A stretch of DNA of 60,985 nucleotides, taken from Deltaproteobacteria bacterium (lineage in GTDB: Bacteria > UBA10199 > SPLOWO2-01-44-7). The notes below the pieces were generated by a model that was given only the letters and a program-made list of their open reading frames with translations, did not search any database and was not told the origin of the DNA. Positions 48,928-58,795 of this stretch are shown one piece after another (the first letter of the stretch is position 1; the number at the start of each line of letters is the position of its first letter). A program made the translations under genes and the position numbers. The stretch is taken from positions 1 through 60,985 of the forward strand of contig JAUSII010000116.1 of the NCBI GenBank assembly GCA_030648035.1. The letters run 5' to 3'.

Positions 48928-49989
48928 GTGACCGCTCCTTTTACCCCTACCCACATTTATATCGACCAGGCGGTTGTTAACTTGCCGCTGACGAACAAAA
49001 TTCTGGGATATTTTCCAAATATCGTTCCGCAGATTGTCGATGATCCCAAAAAATTCAAAGAGCCGGCGGAAATGACTTGGGCAAAAAAAGGACTCATGCT
49101 TGCACGACACAAAGCCGACACTGTTTTAAAATCGTTTGATGCGGTGGGGGAGAGTTGCGGGCGTCCGGTCTATTCTCTCGATATTATTTCCAACTGTCAT
49201 CTGGAATGCACCTATTGCATTTTGCAAAGTTATTTGGCCAACAATCCGATGATCACGATCTTCACCAACATCGAAGAAATTCTCGAAAAACTGGACCACC
49301 AAATCAAAGATATCCCCGACAACGCTATCATCGGCACCGGCAGAATCGCAGACAGCCTCGCTTTGGATCCGATAACAAATTTAAGCTCGCACCTTGTCCC
49401 CTTCTTTGCCGGGCTTCAAAAAAATGTTCTGCTGGAATTTAAAACCAAAAGCGACTCCGTTGAAAATTTGCTGACACTCGAACACAACCAGAAAACCATT
49501 GTCTCTTTCTCACTCAACCCCGAAGAGATTCAAGAGAGGGAAGAATTTAAAACGGCCACCATCGAAGAGAGGTTAAAAGCGGCCGGTCGATGCGCAAAGG
49601 CCGGATACAAAATCGGTTTTCACCTCGACCCGATGATCTTTCATGAAAACTGGAATAAAAATTATCGGAGACTTGTCGAAAATATTTTTGAGACGGTCTC
49701 ACCGGAACAGATCGCGTGGATGAGTCTGGGACTTCTCCGTTTTCCCGCGCGCCAACAGACGATCATGAAAAAACGTTTTCCAAAAAACGCCGCCATCCAC
49801 GAAGGATTGGAACACACCCATCTCCCCTATCGAACCTATTCCAAAAATTTGCGTGAAGAGATGTTGACGACCGTCGCCTCTTTTATAAAGAGCAGGGCCC
49901 CAAAAGTGGAACTCTATTTCTGTATGGAGTCTGAAATGAACTTGAGATCGACCACCGCCAACCCCTTGTCTGTCGCGATAAACCAGTAG
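48928..49989 (+). CDS. Spore photoproduct lyase-family radical SAM protein
   Basis: NCHLECTYCILQ (CxxxCxxC), DSLALD, LEFKTKS, GFHLDP; start codon uncertain. Confidence 0.85.
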   Translation: MTAPFTPTHIYIDQAVVNLPLTNKILGYFPNIVPQIVDDPKKFKEPAEMTWAKKGLMLARHKADTVLKSFDAVGESCGRPVYSLDIISNCHLECTYCILQSYLANNPMITIFTNIEEILEKLDHQIKDIPDNAIIGTGRIADSLALDPITNLSSHLVPFFAGLQKNVLLEFKTKSDSVENLLTLEHNQKTIVSFSLNPEEIQEREEFKTATIEERLKAAGRCAKAGYKIGFHLDPMIFHENWNKNYRRLVENIFETVSPEQIAWMSLGLLRFPARQQTIMKKRFPKNAAIHEGLEHTHLPYRTYSKNLREEMLTTVASFIKSRAPKVELYFCMESEMNLRSTTANPLSVAINQ

Positions 49990-51623
49990 TTGCCGTCGGT
50001 ACTGACCGCAGTGGGTCCCAGAATTTTTGGAGAGGACTCCTCTTCACTTTTTTTGAAGAGTGGAATTGCGGAACCGATTTCCAGTTTATCCGAAGAGATG
50101 GAATAGATTTGAGCATCGGCCGTCAGCGCAAAAATGGTTCTGGAGTCGGGCGAGAAAACACCGGCCACAAATTGCGGCGTTATTTTTCCTTCTGCCACCT
50201 GCAAATCGCCCAGAACATTGAGCTGATGAGTCAACAGCTGGTTGCCGGAGAAAAAATAACCCATCTTGGCGTCAAAGCAGGCGGCATCCGAAACTTTAAG
50301 ATCACTTTGCGGCGTCATCGGCTCAAAACCTTTTGCACCATATTCCCAAACCTGCGCCAGATTTATCGAAGTGCTGATCGCCAGAATACGATCATGCATG
50401 GGCGAGCGGACGAGTTTTTCAAAGGGGACCTCCATGCTCTCTTGCGAAGAGAGTGCACCGTTTTTTGCATCGACAAAAACAAGGCGGCGTTTTTTATCCT
50501 GTGTCTCGACCAATGCCATCAGATGATCTTCACTGCCAAACGCCGCAGAGAGACAGCGCACCGACGGAGGCAGGGCGATTTGCATCGCCACAGGGCTGTT
50601 GTCGATCTCGCCGACCAGATTAAAAAGACCAATCTGGCTTAACGTCTGGTGGCAAACGGCAACCCGCGAGCCTTGTTGGCTGACATCAACCGTCGTGGCA
50701 AAATCTTCCACCTCTATTTTTTTGAGCGTTCCATCGGAGAGAAAAAAACCGATATTCTTGTCATCCGCAAATCCGATCATCAGACTTTGAATCAACGGAT
50801 TAAAAACAAGAGAGCTCACCCTGTTTTCCATGGGAACCAGATTGACGAAGGAAATGTTGTGTTCAAGCGGCACCAGACTTTGTGCCACAATATCCTCCCC
50901 TTTTTTAATTACGATCAAAGCATCTTCATCGATGGGCTGATCGATATGAAACTGTGCTTCAAACGGAGAGACCGGTTCCAGCGGAAAAGAGGCCGAGCCC
51001 AGAGAGACCTTCAAACCGGTGTCGGGTGTTATCGGAAAATTAAGTCCCTTCAAAACAATTTTATCTTTCCACGCCGCCTTGTCGGGAGAAAAAGAGAGGA
51101 TCAGCGGCTTATCGGTGCCGGAGTCATCCATCGTGGCAATGATGTCGCCATTCAATTCGATGCCTTCCACCATCGCTTTTTTCACATGAATAATAATGGA
51201 AGAGCCGGGGACGATGCCTGTTTTTTCAAAAGTGATATCGCCCTGACTGGCAACGAGCGTTGCCTTTTGCGGAATGGAATAGTGGACTTGGAGTTCTGCG
51301 TGGGACGCCAATGTGACATCCTGTGGAAAAAAATCAAATAACGAAACGGTGAGATTTAAATATCTTTCCCCCTTGGGATCACCAACATCAATCGTCACCT
51401 TTTTATTTTCAAGATCGAGATGTGCCGTCTGGGGTTGTGCTTTGAAGAGATCAAGATTATCAGCTTCCTCTTTTTTTCCCTCTGCCACCGCTTCCTGACG
51501 CAAAACTTCGTCCGATCCAAGAGTGGTTTGCGCCACCGGCAGGCTTCCGTCTTTGCAACCGGCGCCCAAAATCAGCCCCGCCCCACAAACCGCCAAAAAC
51601 AGGTGATAAGTCCATTTTTTCAT
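49914..51623 (-). CDS. Lipoprotein with IPT-like and beta-propeller-like regions
   Basis: Lipobox-like GAGC after a hydrophobic stretch; ILSFSP...I.L.G.NF; repeated FSPD/VSTDG blades. Confidence 0.75.
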   Translation of the reverse strand: MKKWTYHLFLAVCGAGLILGAGCKDGSLPVAQTTLGSDEVLRQEAVAEGKKEEADNLDLFKAQPQTAHLDLENKKVTIDVGDPKGERYLNLTVSLFDFFPQDVTLASHAELQVHYSIPQKATLVASQGDITFEKTGIVPGSSIIIHVKKAMVEGIELNGDIIATMDDSGTDKPLILSFSPDKAAWKDKIVLKGLNFPITPDTGLKVSLGSASFPLEPVSPFEAQFHIDQPIDEDALIVIKKGEDIVAQSLVPLEHNISFVNLVPMENRVSSLVFNPLIQSLMIGFADDKNIGFFLSDGTLKKIEVEDFATTVDVSQQGSRVAVCHQTLSQIGLFNLVGEIDNSPVAMQIALPPSVRCLSAAFGSEDHLMALVETQDKKRRLVFVDAKNGALSSQESMEVPFEKLVRSPMHDRILAISTSINLAQVWEYGAKGFEPMTPQSDLKVSDAACFDAKMGYFFSGNQLLTHQLNVLGDLQVAEGKITPQFVAGVFSPDSRTIFALTADAQIYSISSDKLEIGSAIPLFKKSEEESSPKILGPTAVSTDGNYWFIATDKGLAVVDLKFISDSIQK

Positions 51624-51634
51624 GTTCACAGGGA

Positions 51635-51661
51635 GTATCGGCAATTCCAGAAAAAAGTTGC
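51635..51661 (-). promoter_or_regulatory. Putative alternative-sigma promoter (GCAAC-N16-CGATAC)
   Basis: GCAAC TTTTTTCTGGAATTGC CGATAC, 11 nt before ATG 51623. Confidence 0.62.
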
Positions 51662-51692
51662 TTGTTAAAATGAATTATTCTAAACAACCCCA

Positions 51693-53093
51693 ATGGGACG
51701 TCTTCCCTTTATAGTCACCCTCCGCTACGACAATCCTACCGACGACTTTGCCCCCTATGCCCCCCTCCACGACAGCTTCTTTCTCGACTCTTCCATGTCC
51801 ACTCCCGGACAGGGCCGGTTTTCGTTCTGGGGTTACAATCCCAAAATAAAATTTTCATCGCGAGGGGGGTTCGTCACGTTGCAGGGCCACACCACCATCG
51901 GGTCGCCTTATCTCGCACTCAAAGATCTCTATCAAAAAATTGTGAATCTCCCGATGGATCCCTATCTCCCCTTCTCCGGCGGGTTGGTCGGTTTTTTGGG
52001 ATATGAATGGGGCGCCGCACTCGAAAATATTCCGGCGGTCACAAACGGCGACAGCATCTCCACCCCCGATTGCCGCTTTGGTCTCTACGACACGATTGTC
52101 AGCTACGATTATCTGGAGGGGACCTGTTGGGTCTCCTCGTGGGGGCTGGATGAAAATCTGGAATGTGATGAAGATCTCGCCAAAGAGAGAGCGGAAAAAT
52201 TGGCGGAGCATTTGGAGGCAATGAGGAGAATTAAAAGCTATTCATCGGACATCGGACATCGGACATCGAACAATCCGGAATTCCGCTCCTCGTTCAACAA
52301 GGAGAGTTACATACGCGCGGTCGGGCGCGTGATGGATTATCTGCGCGCGGGAGATTGTTATCAGGTGAATCTTTCCCAGCGCTTCATGGCCGCGGCACCC
52401 TTTTCTCCTTGGGAACAATATCTTCGTCTGCGCAAAAATTCTCCGGCACCCTATTCCTCTTTTCTGCAATGCGAATCGTTTCAGATTCTCTCCACATCGC
52501 CCGAATGTTTTCTGCACGCCAAGGCCGATGGCGAAATGGTCACGCGACCGATCAAGGGGACAAGAAAACGGGGAGAAAATCCGATCGAAGATTTGAAATT
52601 GCGCAACGAACTTTTAAACAGTCCCAAAGACAATGCAGAATTGCTGATGATCACCGATCTGGAGCGAAACGATTTCGGGAAAATCTGCGTCCCCGGTTCA
52701 GTCGAGGTGCCGCAACTGCAGGGGATTGAAACATTTGCGCAGGTCCATCATCTCCTCTCGACTGTGAAAGGAAAAAGAAGATCCGACCTCGACGTGATCG
52801 ATTGCCTCGCGGCCCTCTCGCCCGGCGGCTCCATCACCGGCGCCCCAAAAATCCGCTCGATGCAAATTATCCAGGAGCTGGAAACCTGCCCGCGCGGCGT
52901 CTACACCGGCGCCATCGGATGGATCGGCCCCAACAACACCGCCCACTTCAACATCGCCATCCGCACCATGATTCTGCAAGACGCCACCGCCTTCTTCCAC
53001 GCCGGCGGCGGCATCGTCATCGACTCCGACCCAGAAGCCGAATACGAAGAGACCCTCACCAAAGCAAAAGGGATGTTTGAAGCGTTGATTTAA
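51693..53093 (+). CDS. pabB: Aminodeoxychorismate synthase component I
   Basis: GDCYQVNLSQRF, SPECF, RPIKGT, AELLMITDLERND, PGGSITGAPKIR; pabC lies downstream. Confidence 0.9.
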   Translation: MGRLPFIVTLRYDNPTDDFAPYAPLHDSFFLDSSMSTPGQGRFSFWGYNPKIKFSSRGGFVTLQGHTTIGSPYLALKDLYQKIVNLPMDPYLPFSGGLVGFLGYEWGAALENIPAVTNGDSISTPDCRFGLYDTIVSYDYLEGTCWVSSWGLDENLECDEDLAKERAEKLAEHLEAMRRIKSYSSDIGHRTSNNPEFRSSFNKESYIRAVGRVMDYLRAGDCYQVNLSQRFMAAAPFSPWEQYLRLRKNSPAPYSSFLQCESFQILSTSPECFLHAKADGEMVTRPIKGTRKRGENPIEDLKLRNELLNSPKDNAELLMITDLERNDFGKICVPGSVEVPQLQGIETFAQVHHLLSTVKGKRRSDLDVIDCLAALSPGGSITGAPKIRSMQIIQELETCPRGVYTGAIGWIGPNNTAHFNIAIRTMILQDATAFFHAGGGIVIDSDPEAEYEETLTKAKGMFEALI

Positions 53094-53139
53094 ATTTCTT
53101 TCCCTTGACTTGCATCATCCAATCCACATAGAAGCCCAC

Positions 53140-53250
53140 GCATAGGTTTGGTGCCTTCTTTATGAAGGAGAATATGGGAAGCCGGTGTAAATCCGGCGCG
53201 GACCCGCCACTGTGAAGGGCAAATGCCCAAGCCAGGAGACCTGCCAAACT
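53140..53250 (+). promoter_or_regulatory. Cobalamin riboswitch
   Basis: GGTGC...GGGAA-GCCGG-TGTAAAT-CCGGC-GCGG-ACCCGCCACTGT...AAGCCAGGAGACCTGCC (B12 box). Confidence 0.93.
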
Positions 53251-53286
53251 TGAAAAATAATTCCCCTTCGTGGAGCGAGGGCGATA

Positions 53287-54108
53287 ATGACAAAACACTT
53301 CCCAATTTTTTTCTTTTTATTTTCTCTGGCCGCGTGCGGGCATTCTTCCACACTTCTGCAAGGCGCTGACAATACGCCCGTCGTCGACAATTCGATTTCC
53401 TCCTCCAAAACAGATTGGCAGAAATTGAGAAACCTTGCGGCCGCCAATGCCAACACCAATCCACAAACACAACCGACATTGACACCGGTGAATACGTTTC
53501 AGGCTTTTCCGGAAAGCGACCCTGATAATTTGCTCGATGCCTTTATCCAGACCTTTGTTTTATTTGCGCCGGGACCCGGCTCCCGTTTTGGACAGGATTC
53601 GATGGAGACCTGGCTGTTGGGCCCCCCTTACGGCGGTGGATTTTATATTCAATCGGGCGATGTCGTTTCTCTGGGCAACGGCGGAGAAATTATTCTTGGC
53701 TTCCCCCGATATTTTCCGGTCAACGGTAGCGGTCCCGACTTTATTATTTTTGAAAATGCGTTTCAGCCGAGGGGAAGCACTTCTCTTTTTGCTGAACCGG
53801 CCATCGTCAGCGTCAGCCAGGATGGCATTAATTTTATTTCTTTCCCGTGCAATTTGAATCCGCCTTATGACGGATGCGCGGGAACGCACGCGGTCTATGC
53901 CAATCCCGATTTGAACGACTTGAACCCCAGAGACCCGGCCACCGCCGGTGGAGACGCTTTTGATCTGGCAGAAGTGGGGCTCCGCTATATTCAATTCATA
54001 AAAATAAAAGATTCGAATTTAAAACTGGCCGGCGATGGCGCTGTGCAAACGGGCCAAGCCGGATTTGATTTGGACGCGATTGCAATTGTGCATGGAGCGA
54101 AACCTTAA
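53287..54108 (+). CDS. Cell-surface lipoprotein, probable B12-binding
   Basis: Lipobox LAAC; VVSLGNGGEIILGF, GPDFIIFENAF, FAEP..VSVS.DG, GGDAFDL, GFDLDAI; first gene after the riboswitch. Confidence 0.8.
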   Translation: MTKHFPIFFFLFSLAACGHSSTLLQGADNTPVVDNSISSSKTDWQKLRNLAAANANTNPQTQPTLTPVNTFQAFPESDPDNLLDAFIQTFVLFAPGPGSRFGQDSMETWLLGPPYGGGFYIQSGDVVSLGNGGEIILGFPRYFPVNGSGPDFIIFENAFQPRGSTSLFAEPAIVSVSQDGINFISFPCNLNPPYDGCAGTHAVYANPDLNDLNPRDPATAGGDAFDLAEVGLRYIQFIKIKDSNLKLAGDGAVQTGQAGFDLDAIAIVHGAKP

Positions 54109-54133
54109 CGAAAAAAATAAAAAAGGAGAAATC

Positions 54134-55633
54134 ATGTTACAGATACTCGCAGCAGCAGCCGTAGCCATCTATGCTTACAGCTGTCAAAGTCCCGAAGAAA
54201 AAGAAGAATCACAGTCCACCAAACCGGGCCCCGACACGGATAACGGAACACCCGTAGCAACAGAGGAAGATGCTGGTACTCCCGTTGCACGCGATGCGAG
54301 CATCTCCACACCCGATGCCGGAGCCGCCGACGCCAGCATGATGGATGCGGGAGAAGAAGATGCCGGCACAAAATTGCCGACGCCTGTTTCAAAATATGTT
54401 CCCCCCGCGAATCCCGTTTTTCCCGCACTGACGACAGAAGGCATTTATCACCACTCCTTTCTGGAAGAGGGACAACTTTTTTCCGGCGTATTCCCTCTCT
54501 CATTCAAATGCAATGAAGCCAATACCAGCTGTTACTTTGGAGTGACCAACAAGGCCTATTCTTTTCCGGCAAACAATCTGCAAAATAACGATGCCATTCC
54601 CGTCACAGTGGCGGCCGATTTCTCGGCAGATATTGACGGACAAAATGCATTTGTTGCGGCCGTGCTCCAATCGGGAAATTATTATTACGGCCTCTATGAC
54701 AGCTTTGATCCCAATGCGGCGCCGGGCATTTCCATTCGCGACAATACCGGCAACAGCCTTGCCACCTATCATTTCCCCCTGGTGGGAGAGGTGCGCATGA
54801 CCACGCCCAATAGCATGATCGAGCTTTCAGACCAGATGTGGGTCAGCATCTCCAACTATGTCGGAGGGGATGATATCTATGGCCCGGGCAAAGTTTTTGT
54901 TCTGGATAAAAATGTGAATGGTACGCTGATGGAGGATCCCTCGAGAATTCCGTTAACCACCACGCAGTTGGATCCGCAGGCGATAGTTTCATGGAATAAC
55001 GGCACAAAAGATTACGTTTTGCTGACGAACACCGGCAAGGCGGAATATCAGGGCGCCATTCTCACCGAATCGGGCGTTGATGTTATCGACCCGGCGTCCA
55101 ACAAAATCGTGGCCAACATTCCACTCGGATTGGGAACGGCAAACAGTCTTGCCGTCACACCCGATGGAGCCGCCGCTTTTGTATCGAGCCAGACTCTTTC
55201 GAATATTTATGTGATCGACATGGAGCGGCTCAAAACAAAACTGGAGGCTCTCGATGCCTCTTCAGAAACGCCCGCCCGACTGGAAGATGTGGTTGTGGCA
55301 GATGCCACCAACGCCGTTGCCATCAATGGCTCTGGTGAGGCATTCACCACGTCCCTGTTTTATGACGATAGAACAAAGTCTCTTGTTCTTTCTTCCAACA
55401 ATGATGGAATGCTCATTCAACTGAACGCCGATTACAGCACCATCCCGGGAGTGGGCATTCTCCTCGGAGAAAATTTTGGTCAGGTGATGGGAGAATATGC
55501 CTGCGCCACAGATCAGGCGATGTATTGTTCTTCTGCCAGTTTGTTACAGGGTGGTGTTGGTGCCTTGACCAGTCTGCCGGTAACAGTTACTTATGTGCCG
55601 AATGAAAGCCTGGCTGAACAACCGACTCATTGA
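54134..55633 (+). CDS. Lipoprotein with YncE/BtuG-like beta-propeller
   Basis: AAGGAG RBS, AYSC lipobox-like site, DAG-rich linker, VDVIDPASNKIVANIPLG, LAVTPDG, IYVIDM. Confidence 0.78.
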   Translation: MLQILAAAAVAIYAYSCQSPEEKEESQSTKPGPDTDNGTPVATEEDAGTPVARDASISTPDAGAADASMMDAGEEDAGTKLPTPVSKYVPPANPVFPALTTEGIYHHSFLEEGQLFSGVFPLSFKCNEANTSCYFGVTNKAYSFPANNLQNNDAIPVTVAADFSADIDGQNAFVAAVLQSGNYYYGLYDSFDPNAAPGISIRDNTGNSLATYHFPLVGEVRMTTPNSMIELSDQMWVSISNYVGGDDIYGPGKVFVLDKNVNGTLMEDPSRIPLTTTQLDPQAIVSWNNGTKDYVLLTNTGKAEYQGAILTESGVDVIDPASNKIVANIPLGLGTANSLAVTPDGAAAFVSSQTLSNIYVIDMERLKTKLEALDASSETPARLEDVVVADATNAVAINGSGEAFTTSLFYDDRTKSLVLSSNNDGMLIQLNADYSTIPGVGILLGENFGQVMGEYACATDQAMYCSSASLLQGGVGALTSLPVTVTYVPNESLAEQPTH

Positions 55634-56414
55634 CGAAGAAGAAGCAACGGTCTCCATTTTTGACCGGAGCTATCTCTACGGCGAAGGGGTTTTTGAAACA
55701 CTGCGGGTCTACGAAAGTAGGCCCGCTTTTTTTTCGCTTCATTATAAGAGGCTTAAAAAAAACTGCCGCAGGTTGGGCATCCCTCTCCCACTTTCGGAAA
55801 AAAAATTGGAGACAACAGTGCTTCGCCTTTTGAAAGCAAACCATCTCAAAGAAACAGTGGTGCGCATCACCTTGAGCACCACAAACATCTCCATTTTCTG
55901 CCGTCCCATCCATATCGATCCCAAATTATTTCAAAGGGGAGTCAAAGTTTTACCGCTGAAATCCCTTTGCAACGACTCCCCCGCTGTTGCCGGTATCAAA
56001 TCGACCAGCTACCTGACCAAAATGCTCGCGCGTGCAGAGGGCGATCACGCGGGGGCGCACGATGCCCTGCTCAAAAACAGCAGAGGCCATTGGGTGGAAG
56101 GGAGTCGCACCAATTTTTTTATCATTGTAAAAGGGGTGGTGATCACACCGCCGCAAAGCGACGGCCTTTTGAAAGGGATCACGCGTGAAGTCGTTTTAAA
56201 AATACTGAAGCAGAAAAAAATAAAACATCGTGAAGCCCATATTACCGATTCACTTCTTAAAAAAGCCGACGAAATTTTTCTGACCGGCTCCACCAGCGAA
56301 GTTCTACCCGTTCGTGAAATCATTGGACTCTGGAAAAAACAAATCCAAAAAAAAACCCTCACCTTCCAGATCAGAAAATATTATCTGACTCTTTTTCAAC
56401 AACAGGTAAAATAA
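55602..56414 (+). CDS. pabC: Class IV aminotransferase / aminodeoxychorismate lyase
   Basis: DRSYLYGEGVFETLR, KSTSYL, EGSRTNFF, LKGITR, EIFLTGS; near pabB. Confidence 0.78.
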   Translation: MKAWLNNRLIDEEEATVSIFDRSYLYGEGVFETLRVYESRPAFFSLHYKRLKKNCRRLGIPLPLSEKKLETTVLRLLKANHLKETVVRITLSTTNISIFCRPIHIDPKLFQRGVKVLPLKSLCNDSPAVAGIKSTSYLTKMLARAEGDHAGAHDALLKNSRGHWVEGSRTNFFIIVKGVVITPPQSDGLLKGITREVVLKILKQKKIKHREAHITDSLLKKADEIFLTGSTSEVLPVREIIGLWKKQIQKKTLTFQIRKYYLTLFQQQVK

Positions 56415-56456
56415 ACCTCATTTCAATTTGATGGCTAAATGGATACAATCGCGGAA

Positions 56457-58625
56457 ATGAAAAGATATTTTTCTTTTATTGCTCTCTTCTGCCTCATGCA
56501 GGGATGCGGAGGTTCAACCACTGCAGATGGGGTCGCCAGCTCGGGGGCCGCGGCCACCGTTTCCATAGTCGTTGACAACCCCAACATCAGCGATTCTTCC
56601 ACGGGGAAATCTGTCGGCAAGTCAGTCGATGTCGCGGTGAACTACTCTCCCGTGGAGGACTACTCCAACATGTCTGTTTCAAAAGCAGTGTTGAGCTCGC
56701 TGGCTCCGAGCACTTGCACCCTGACTTTTTCCGGCGCCGATTTTACCACATTTACCGCGTCATTCTCTCTTCCCTCGGGGGCCTCCAGCGTAACAGCTAC
56801 ACTCCCATTAACAGCGGGTTCCAGCAGAACAATCTGCGTCAGTTGTCCCGATTCCAGCGGCACTACCAATGGCATTGAAGTCGGCTACAATGCCTGCACC
56901 ACAACTGATCTGGCCGCCGGAGCCAATTCCGTTTCGATGAGCACCAAATTTCTCAACATGATCACCGACGATACTTCTGTTTTGAACTTCGCCCGCATCA
57001 ACCAGGAAAGTTCATCGCAAACCAAAATCCAGCTCGCCTTCGGCTCGGTTCTGACGGACGCCCAAAAGACCGCCATGAAATGCATTGTTGAACTCGACCG
57101 GAGCGGAAGCGGAACCAGTTTCGGTTCGATTGATCCGGATCAAAGCAACGGATTTACATCAGCCACAACCGGTAGCAGACCCAATCCCTATTTTTTAATC
57201 ACCGGAGGGGTATCCAGACCTGTGGCTCTTTTTTATGATCAATACGACTATCTCTATATGAGACCGACGGCGGCATGGAGCACCACCGACAGCGGCAACA
57301 CCATGGCGGTCATTACCTACGGCATCACACAGAATAAAACTTCGGTAGACACCGACCAGAAAGGTCAGTGGGCGGTGCTCTGCTCACTCACGGGCGTCAC
57401 TCCATGGGACCGCGCACCGAACAGCGGTTATGCAAAATTTGATTTGAGTCCAAACACGAATATTTCCACCGACACCATCGCCTCCGACGGCGGCTCCTGC
57501 ACAGAGGCTCGCTCGGGGGAAACCTGTCTCTCTGGAATTTGCGGTTCGACCAGCAAATGCGTAGCGATCCGCCCGGGAACACAGGGGCATGGTCGTCTTC
57601 TGGCCGGGCCTGATTTTGGAACTACAACGGCCGATAGTACCGACGGAACGGGAACAGCGGCCCGGTTTTCAAGCCCAAGACAAGCTTGTGCCTCACCCGA
57701 TGGCGTCAACGTTTTTGTAACCGATGGAATCAATCATACCATCCGCCAGATTGTTTATTCCACAGGTGTGGTCACTACCTTGGCCGGAACTGCAGGAATC
57801 AACGGATCAACGAATGCCACCGGAGCCGCGGCCCGCTTTAGTACGCCGGTTGGGTGCGTGGTCGACTCGACCGGCGCCAATATTTACGTGGCTGAATTTG
57901 GCAACAATATGGTGCGCAAAGTGGTTGTCTCAACAGGCGTCGTCACTCTGGTGGCCGGATCGGGAACTGGCACAAGAACAGACGGCACCGGCGCGGGCGC
58001 CTCCTTCAACCAACCCTACGGCATCGCCATTGATAATGCCGGAAACAATCTCTACGTCACGGAACACAGTTCAAATTCGGTCCGCCAAATCGTGATCAGT
58101 TCGGGAGTAGTTACAACTCTGGCCGTATTTTCGGAATCTGTAGATCTGAACTGCCCACACGGCATCGATATCGATTCAACCGACACTTATTTGTATGTAG
58201 CCAATAATGCTTGCGGATCAGTCTCCGGAAATACCATCGCCCGTATCAACACGAGCACCGGAGCTACCAGCACTATTGCGGGAGCCGGAGGACTCGGAAA
58301 TGCCAACGCAACCGGTAGCCTCTTAAGCATGACCTTCCGCGGTGCCGAAGGCATCGCGGTCCATCCCGGTGATCAAGGGATTTATGTGTCAGAAGCTCAA
58401 GGAGACCGCATCCGAATGCTGAATTTGGAAACTGGAATCAGTTACACAATATCAGGCTCCGAAGATGGAAGTGCGGGGGACGAGTGGTCGGGATCGGGAA
58501 CCGGTTCCCTCTACAGCAACCCGGCACTGATATCGATCGACGCCACCGGCTCTATTCTTTACGTGGCCGATCAGAGCAATAACAAAATCCGCAAAATCAC
58601 ACAAAATTCGTCGGATCCCAGTTAA
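56457..58625 (+). CDS. Ser/Thr-rich lipoprotein with C-terminal NHL-repeat propeller
   Basis: MQGC lipobox-like site; repeated DGTG.AARF..P.G and V.TLAG units. Confidence 0.88.
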   Translation: MKRYFSFIALFCLMQGCGGSTTADGVASSGAAATVSIVVDNPNISDSSTGKSVGKSVDVAVNYSPVEDYSNMSVSKAVLSSLAPSTCTLTFSGADFTTFTASFSLPSGASSVTATLPLTAGSSRTICVSCPDSSGTTNGIEVGYNACTTTDLAAGANSVSMSTKFLNMITDDTSVLNFARINQESSSQTKIQLAFGSVLTDAQKTAMKCIVELDRSGSGTSFGSIDPDQSNGFTSATTGSRPNPYFLITGGVSRPVALFYDQYDYLYMRPTAAWSTTDSGNTMAVITYGITQNKTSVDTDQKGQWAVLCSLTGVTPWDRAPNSGYAKFDLSPNTNISTDTIASDGGSCTEARSGETCLSGICGSTSKCVAIRPGTQGHGRLLAGPDFGTTTADSTDGTGTAARFSSPRQACASPDGVNVFVTDGINHTIRQIVYSTGVVTTLAGTAGINGSTNATGAAARFSTPVGCVVDSTGANIYVAEFGNNMVRKVVVSTGVVTLVAGSGTGTRTDGTGAGASFNQPYGIAIDNAGNNLYVTEHSSNSVRQIVISSGVVTTLAVFSESVDLNCPHGIDIDSTDTYLYVANNACGSVSGNTIARINTSTGATSTIAGAGGLGNANATGSLLSMTFRGAEGIAVHPGDQGIYVSEAQGDRIRMLNLETGISYTISGSEDGSAGDEWSGSGTGSLYSNPALISIDATGSILYVADQSNNKIRKITQNSSDPS

Positions 58626-58748
58626 ACTGGTGACCTTCAATGCGTCAAAATTTTATGACAAGTTTTTGACAAGGAAGTAAAAAGTGACCTGTTTTATGCC
58701 AGATAATAAAATCATATTTAATACAATGCATCTAACCTCAAAATATTT

Positions 58749-58764
58749 TGGCACAGCGATTGCT
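58749..58764 (+). promoter_or_regulatory. Sigma54 (-24/-12) promoter
   Basis: TGGCAC-AGCGA-TTGCT, an exact consensus, in AT-rich intergenic DNA about 30 nt before ATG 58796. Confidence 0.8.
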
Positions 58765-58795
58765 TCTATCGTCTCGTGGGAAAAGGGGGATGTTA

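Noticed and set aside
53090-53485. Minus-strand ORFs 53090-53485 and 53160-53459
   Set aside because: They overlap the cobalamin riboswitch and the plus-strand lipoprotein.
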